A stretch of 64,000 nt of DNA, taken from positions 66,397 through 130,396 of the forward strand of contig NIVC01000680.1 of the NCBI GenBank assembly GCA_002269645.1, read 5' to 3'. The notes beneath the pieces are model-generated. The model was not told where the DNA came from, did no database searches, and saw only the letters and a program-made list of their open reading frames with translations. The position numbers and the translations under genes were made by a program. This DNA is from Macrostomum lignano. Lineage: Eukaryota. Positions 58,109 through 64,000 of the stretch are shown in pieces; position 1 is the first letter of the stretch; each line of letters begins with the position of its first letter.

Positions 58109-58553
58109 GGTCACTGGTCAGATCGTCATATTGGCCATTTCGTCATATCGGATGACGAAGTGACCAGAAGCAAAGTAGCTTTGAAAAATAATATGACGAA
58201 GTGACCAAATATTTAGTTATGCTGGATACTTCGTCATCAAACCAATCAATCTGTGTGAGATTCGAGTTAGTGTAAACTATTTTTGTCTTTATTAACTATC
58301 AGCTGCGGCAAGCAGAACCGATCGATCGACAGGTTTTATCAATCGAGATGTCAAAATGACTGGGATGATTAGGATTCCATGTAAATATGTTTAATTGCCA
58401 CATCAATTCACTTGGAAGTTGGAACTGGTGGATGACGAAATGACTCTCTTGAGGTAGTGCATGCAAATCAAGATGACGAAGTGACCCTAGTCGAGGTGGG
58501 CACCCCAGACACCCCAGATGACGAAATGGCAGATGACGAAGTGACTAGGAACC
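58109..58553. mobile_element. MITE nested in the MULE, with termini related to the host TIR
   Basis: Imperfect TIRs GGTCACTGGTCAGATCGTCAT / GGTTCCTAGTCACTTCGTCAT; several internal GATGACGAAGTGAC repeats; near-TSD TGTGTGTG / TGTATGTG. Confidence 0.55.
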
Positions 58554-59185
58554 TGTATGTGCGCCTCACAGAGTATAGATTATGGGTGAGTTGGCTTGAA
58601 ATTTATCATGTAATTAATTTTGGCGCTTATTGACAAAGCTGTACTGTGAACTTATGGTCGTGGCGATCGTGACCATGTTAACATAAACACATGTGTACAA
58701 ATGTAAAGTCATACAAAACTTGGTCTTCTACATTTAGTAAATGAATAACACTTATTCGTTCATTCAGCAACACAGTTAAGTGAATGTGATAATTATACTA
58801 TATAAGAAAATTGCTGTGCTCTTGTTGGCACTCATTACATCACAATTACTGGTTGCTAACCGCTAAATCCATGAATCACAGAACCAGCATTAAGTTATGC
58901 TAGGTAATTTAAACGGATGTGGTCAATCAGAATTGCTTACTTTCTACGCAATCGAAATTCTGTGATATTGTGATATTCTATTGGTTAAAACGCCATCACA
59001 TTACGTGTATATTGCGCATGCGTCCTATATCAATACTTTTACAGAAGCAATTGAACGCAAGACCCATATAGCTACCAGTCGGCGCACTATATATTTACTC
59101 TTTAACACTCAAGAATATCGACTTAATATCTTCTCTGCATCTAAAAAGCAACTAGCTAGCTAAAGAATACTAGCTCAATTGTCTG

Positions 59186-60666
59186 ATGGAAGTCGAAGAA
59201 GACGTCTGTCCAGCGTGTGTCAGAGCAGTAACTGACGAGGAGCCTGCATTAAATTGTGACAAGTGCAAACATTGGTTCCATCGACTGTGTTTGACTGGTA
59301 AGTTTATGCCCTATATTCTGCATTCCATCAACTTAGTGTGTATTCATTCTTAAAATGGAAGAGGAGAAAGAGGGTAGAGGGGGGAGAAGGTAGAGGAGAG
59401 AGTGAAGAGGAAAAGAGGGTAGGGGAGAGAAGGTGGGAGAGAGGTAGAGGGGGAGAAGGTAGAGGAGAGAGTGAAGAGGAAAAGAGAGTAGGGGAGAGAA
59501 GGTGGGGAGAGGAGGTAGAGAGGAGAGAGGGTATGTGGAGAGATGATAAATGGCTGAAATTGTTTTTGCTTTTTATTTTAGGAGCATCGTTCATTTCTGC
59601 TGCACAGTATAAGAAATTGATGAAGAAGAGTTCTTTTTCTTGGTGCTGCATGATCTGCACTACTCAGGAGGTGCATGTAGAGAGCGATGCTGAGGTTGAA
59701 GTTGCTGCTGCCGGTGGTGATGAGGTAGAGAGCGATGCCGAAATCGAAGTTGCTGCTGCCGGTGGTGATGAGGTAGAGAGCGATGCCGAAATCGAAGTTG
59801 CTGCTGCCGGTGGTGATGAGGTAGAGAGCGATGCCGAAATCGAAGTTGCTGCTGCCGGTGGTGATGAGGTGGAGAGCGATGCCGAAATCGAAGTTGCTGC
59901 TGCCGGTGGTAGCGAAAGTGATGAGGTAGAGAGCGATGTTGAGATCCAAGTTGCTGCTACTGCTGATTCATCGATTGAAGACCCAGACCCTCAACCAGTC
60001 GCTGATCACAATCGTCCAGAGACATTTGAGGTACTTCAAAACGGAAGCAATAGAGGTTCAGTCCTTGTTGTTTCCTCAAAAGGATACAGCTATGGTTTTC
60101 ACCGTAGGCGTGGTGATCACGAATACTACAGATGCACTCAGCGCAATCGACATACGCCATGCTGTGCGACCCTAAATCGCAGAGCCGGTGAAGACTTCCG
60201 ACCAGGAAAAAGGAACCACTGCCATGCACCAACAGCTGATGCTTGTGCAGTACGAAAAATTATTCGAGACGTGAAGACATCAGCAGCTGCGGATGTCTTC
60301 AAATCTGCTGCGGCTCTATCAGAGAAGCGACTTCTACACAGTTATCGTTCGTCAGAGGCTAAAAACTTGCCAAATCCAGCGAATCTTGCTAGAACAGCTA
60401 ATCGTTTTCGAGAAAGGCAACGGCCAGAGGAGCCAAAGACATTAAACTTTGAGCTGCAGCACGAAGCGATTCCCAATGGCTTTTACAGAAGCGATGTTCG
60501 AGTCGGGGACCGTCGTCACCTTGTCTTTGCGACTGAGCAACAGATTGCTTTGTTGAAAAAAACTTCCGACATCTACATGGACGGAACCTTCTCAATCGTA
60601 AGAAGGCCTTTTGTGCAGCTCTATTCACTTCATGGTTTTCTGAGGGCGGAAGGACAAATAAAACAG
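59186..60666 (+). CDS. MULE gene: PHD finger, acidic repeats, FLYWCH, N-terminal part of MULE transposase; exons 59186-59297 and 59582-60666; 3' part missing
   Basis: CPAC...CDKCKHWFHRLC|...WCCMIC (C4HC3); GYSY...YYRC...C...NHCH (FLYWCH); YMDGTF...LYSLH; donor CAG|GTAATA is followed almost directly by the right TIR. Confidence 0.8.
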
Positions 60667-63289
60667 GTAATAATTAAGTTCCTACTGAAACGCTTATAAA
60701 GTATAAAGCACAAAGCATAAAGTATAAAGCCCACCAAGTACGCTCGTATCCTGAATTAGCACATAAAAACATGTACAGTCATAAGCTACGCTATAGATAT
60801 ACAGTTGTTTTCTGAACTCGTTCAATGGCTTTTAAGACGTACATGTACATGTAGATGTAGTACAAAAAATCTAATAATCAATTGTCGTTGACTTGGGTTG
60901 AAAAATTAAAAGTATGGATAAAATTAAGTGCGCGCTGTTAAACATAAGTGACATTATGCCTCGAAACGCACTCAAACAAAATGATAATTGATAGTATAGC
61001 ATACGAACCTTTATTACTTTAATAAGAGTTTATACGAGCCGTATTAACAGCTTATATATATTAATATTTAACAACGAAAAATAGTCAAATCAAGTCTAAA
61101 AAGCTTGTCACCGAATTGACCACTGGTGTCACCGAAACGTCCCAAGTTGTCACCGAAGTTGTTGTCACCGAAATGTCTTGTCACCGAATTGACCTGGGAC
61201 CGAATAGAGCCTAGTTATGCTACTTTTCTACAGTATTTATCAGATCATCCAAAGCTGCTTTTAATTCAGATTTAGGCCTATGCTAATAGATAAACAAAAG
61301 AAAGAAATTGGGATTTTTTTTGCATGACCCAGTATTTATAGGGGAAGTTATAGCTAATAGAGCCTATATTAAGCAAAGACAACTAGGGCTTAGGCAAGGC
61401 AAAGGGCAAAGAAAGGGCAAGGAAGGGCCAGGAAAAAGCAAAGAAAATAAAAAGGGGCCCAAATGATTATCTGCTAAGTGCTAAGCCTAATCTTTCTAGG
61501 AAATGACTAGTATAAAAGATTTTCAATTTGCATTCAATATAAATTTAGGCCTCTATATGTGTTTAGTATGAATTGTATTATACATAGGCCTAGATAACAT
61601 TGATCTAATTCTAAAATTCTAAAAAGCAAATAGGAAAAGTAAATTTTAAATAAAGAGGAAAAGGAGGGAGGAAAAATGAGGAAAGTATCAATAGTTGCCC
61701 TTCCATATTTGAGAGTGCTATGCCAATGTGCTGCCACTGCCATTGAATGCTCCTTTGCTATGATGGCTGGTCTTGTGTTGCACTGTGTGTGCCATGGTGG
61801 CATGGTCTTGGTCTGCTGCACTAGCACGAGTACACTGCTTGATCTGTGGGCTGACCCTGAAGTTTGAGTGACAAGTTTTAGACTTTATAGTGTGCCATTG
61901 TTATTCTAGTAAATAGTGTGAAACCACTACTGTCTGGGAGAACTTTTTTGCTCAAATACGAAAATTATATAGGCCTACATTACAAAACAGAGGCCTGGGA
62001 ATTCATGACACTAGGCCTAGGCCTACAATAGGCCCGTAGGGGGCCTGCAAAGTGGCTCTAGCTCTAGTCTAGGAAAATCACAATTGAGAAAGAATTGTCG
62101 CTCGAATCTACAAAATCGTGATCGCGTTTGACCCCCACCAAAGCTAGAGCAGTGGATATTGAAAGTTGCAATAATTCGGCTAGTAGATTAGTAAACTAGG
62201 TCTTGAGTTTAAAAAGTTGGAAAAATTTTCGTGACAGTGACGGTGACGCCTTTAAGTCTTGACTAGTTATAGTAAGATGCATTCAATCAATACACATAAA
62301 CTTACATCGATGGATTCATCTATGACTGTCACTATATCTGAGATCTTTGAACTGAAAACGAAATGTTTGGTAAGTATAGGTATCGGTTTACTGAAACTGA
62401 AATAAGGGATATACCATGATATATCACATGTGGATCATGGAACATGGAACTAACAATCAATTCGAATACATCAGACCGATCTCCGATTACGCCGATAGTA
62501 ATAAGAAATACTTAACAAGAATTTTTATAAAACAATTACTTCGATGTTTTGTTTCTAGACTTCTAGCCAAGGTATGGGAGAAATGTTAAATGTAAGTAAT
62601 TTTGTTATGAAAACTAAAGGTTTCTTAGAAGCTAGTATGCATGAAACTTGAGCATGTAATTCTTAAATTTACGGCGTGAGCATGTAATATAATAACTTAA
62701 CTTTACAATATGAAATAAGCATGTCATATTTAACGGTACTTAACGGTACTATAGCTATATACAGGGTCCCTGATTTTAGACATCAGTGACATACGTAGTA
62801 AGTATCGAAACCGACGCCGTTCTAAATTTCTGAGAATTTTAATGCATGGCAACCCATGGTTTTTTTAAGACAACGCGTCTCAATGTTTTTTGATTACATC
62901 AGCTACCCCTGTTGTACGTAAAGCTCAAGGCGCATACCCCGACCGCGGCTATATTAAAAAATTCGTTTAACAGTAGAAAGACCATGCATGGGGGTTGTAT
63001 TTCAAATACACACATTTTTCCTTTGTCTGTATCTTCAAAAATATTCAACCAATTGCCATGAAAATCCAGAAACACGTGCTAAAATTTTCCGCTCTATTCG
63101 ATGAAGCAAATTCGAGAATGATTACGAAAAATCGGCATCGTCGAGATAATTCTACGATTCTCCTCGGGTGTCTGGCGGCAAAAACCACCAACATTGGCAA
63201 TATTTTTCTGCTCACAAAATCTCATCATGAAACCACGTCGGCCCAAAAAACTATGCATATTAGTCGCAGGGACTTTTGCTCTCAGCATC

Positions 63290-64000
63290 CCAGGCCCCAG
63301 GGTCCCCTTCATCTCCGTCTGGAGCATCGGCGGCGACCGTCGGACTTTAATAATGCGAGAGGTCCAGCGTTTTCTAGCAACTCAGCAGTCACCATCTGCA
63401 ACGGCGCAAGTTCCTCGGCGGCAGGCCCAGTCACAACAACAGCAGCAACAGCCGGGTCCGGCATTTCTAACAACAGCATCCAAAAAGATCGCGGAGGAAG
63501 AGTCGCGTCGTCGACGCAAGCGGAGCTGTATGCAATCTGGAAGCGACTAGATGGCTTGCTGCTGAGCAATACAACTGGAGTAAAGCGGTGGTGTGCACGG
63601 ACAGTAAGAGCGGCCTCCAAACCATCAGCAGGCAGGGAAAGAATCCGTTTTCCAGGATTATTAGGTCGGAGCTCGGTAAGCTGGACCGAACGAAAAACGG
63701 GTGACTTTGCTCTGGATCCCCAGCCACTGCGGGATCAGAGGGAATGAGGAGGCGGACAAGGTGGCGGGAGAGGCGATTAACGAGATGAGGCACGACGACA
63801 CGAAGGTGTTAGCCAGCACGGTCGCGAAGAGGGCGAGGCGGATCGGGAGGCAGATTTGTGAGTGGGGGCATGAGAGAATGAGGAGGGTGTATGCAAGCAC
63901 GAACGCAGGAAGAGAGACCCGGGGTTCAACTGCAGAGAGGATGAAGTGAGCTACAGAAGAATGCGCACGGGGCACTCGATTGAGCTGGCTGCCTACAGGA
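63290..64000 (+). mobile_element. Degenerate 3' part of an I/Ingi-type non-LTR retrotransposon (RNase H), continuing past the window end
   Basis: Across frameshifts: ASSTQAELYAI, VCTDSKSGLQ, VTLLWIPSHCGIRGNEEADKVA, RMRTGHS. Confidence 0.75.

Larger units (their letters stand above)
57385..61201 (+). mobile_element. Mutator-like (MULE/Phantom-type) DNA transposon, internally deleted
   Basis: Long TIRs 57385-57854 and 60750-61201 are reverse complements, with subterminal TTCGGTGACA repeats; 8-bp TSD GAATAGAG (57377-57384, 61202-61209). Confidence 0.88.

Noticed and set aside
59338-59581. N-terminal part of the 453-aa ORF (purine-rich, apparent hydrophobic stretch)
   Set aside because: This is intron 1 of the MULE gene (GT at 59298, AG at 59580-59581)

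Overview
Eukaryotic (animal) genomic DNA with GT-AG introns, GC-rich exons and introns full of minisatellites. This style suggests a flatworm such as Macrostomum, which is inference only. (1) One 40-exon plus-strand gene (850-45817, ~2200 aa reconstructed by hand) encodes a secreted, strongly Lys/Arg-rich protein. Its layout is signal peptide, Ala/Pro-rich linker, 37 strictly alternating Cys-rich modules (19 'A' with a 3-Cys consensus, 18 'B' with a 5-Cys consensus, on phase-1 symmetric exons), vWD, C8, TIL and 2x ShKT. Exon 8 has one apparent 1-nt frameshift. (2) A two-exon antisense gene nested in intron 27 (23756->22121) encodes a type I membrane protein with a single TNFR/BCMA-like Cys-rich domain. 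(3) Two Ty3/Gypsy elements sit in intronic minisatellites: one is 5'-truncated with an intact pol, the other is full length with identical 314-bp LTRs, a 5-bp TSD and a single in-frame TGA. (4) A 4-exon minus-strand TRAF gene (55170->51858). (5) A decayed maT-type Tc1/mariner is followed by a Mutator-like element with ~460-bp TIRs, an 8-bp TSD, a PHD-FLYWCH-MULE gene and a nested MITE. An I/Ingi-type non-LTR RNase H relic runs off the right end. Most long ORFs in the supplied track are translations of tandem repeats. All domain calls are from motif recognition by eye; no database search was run.
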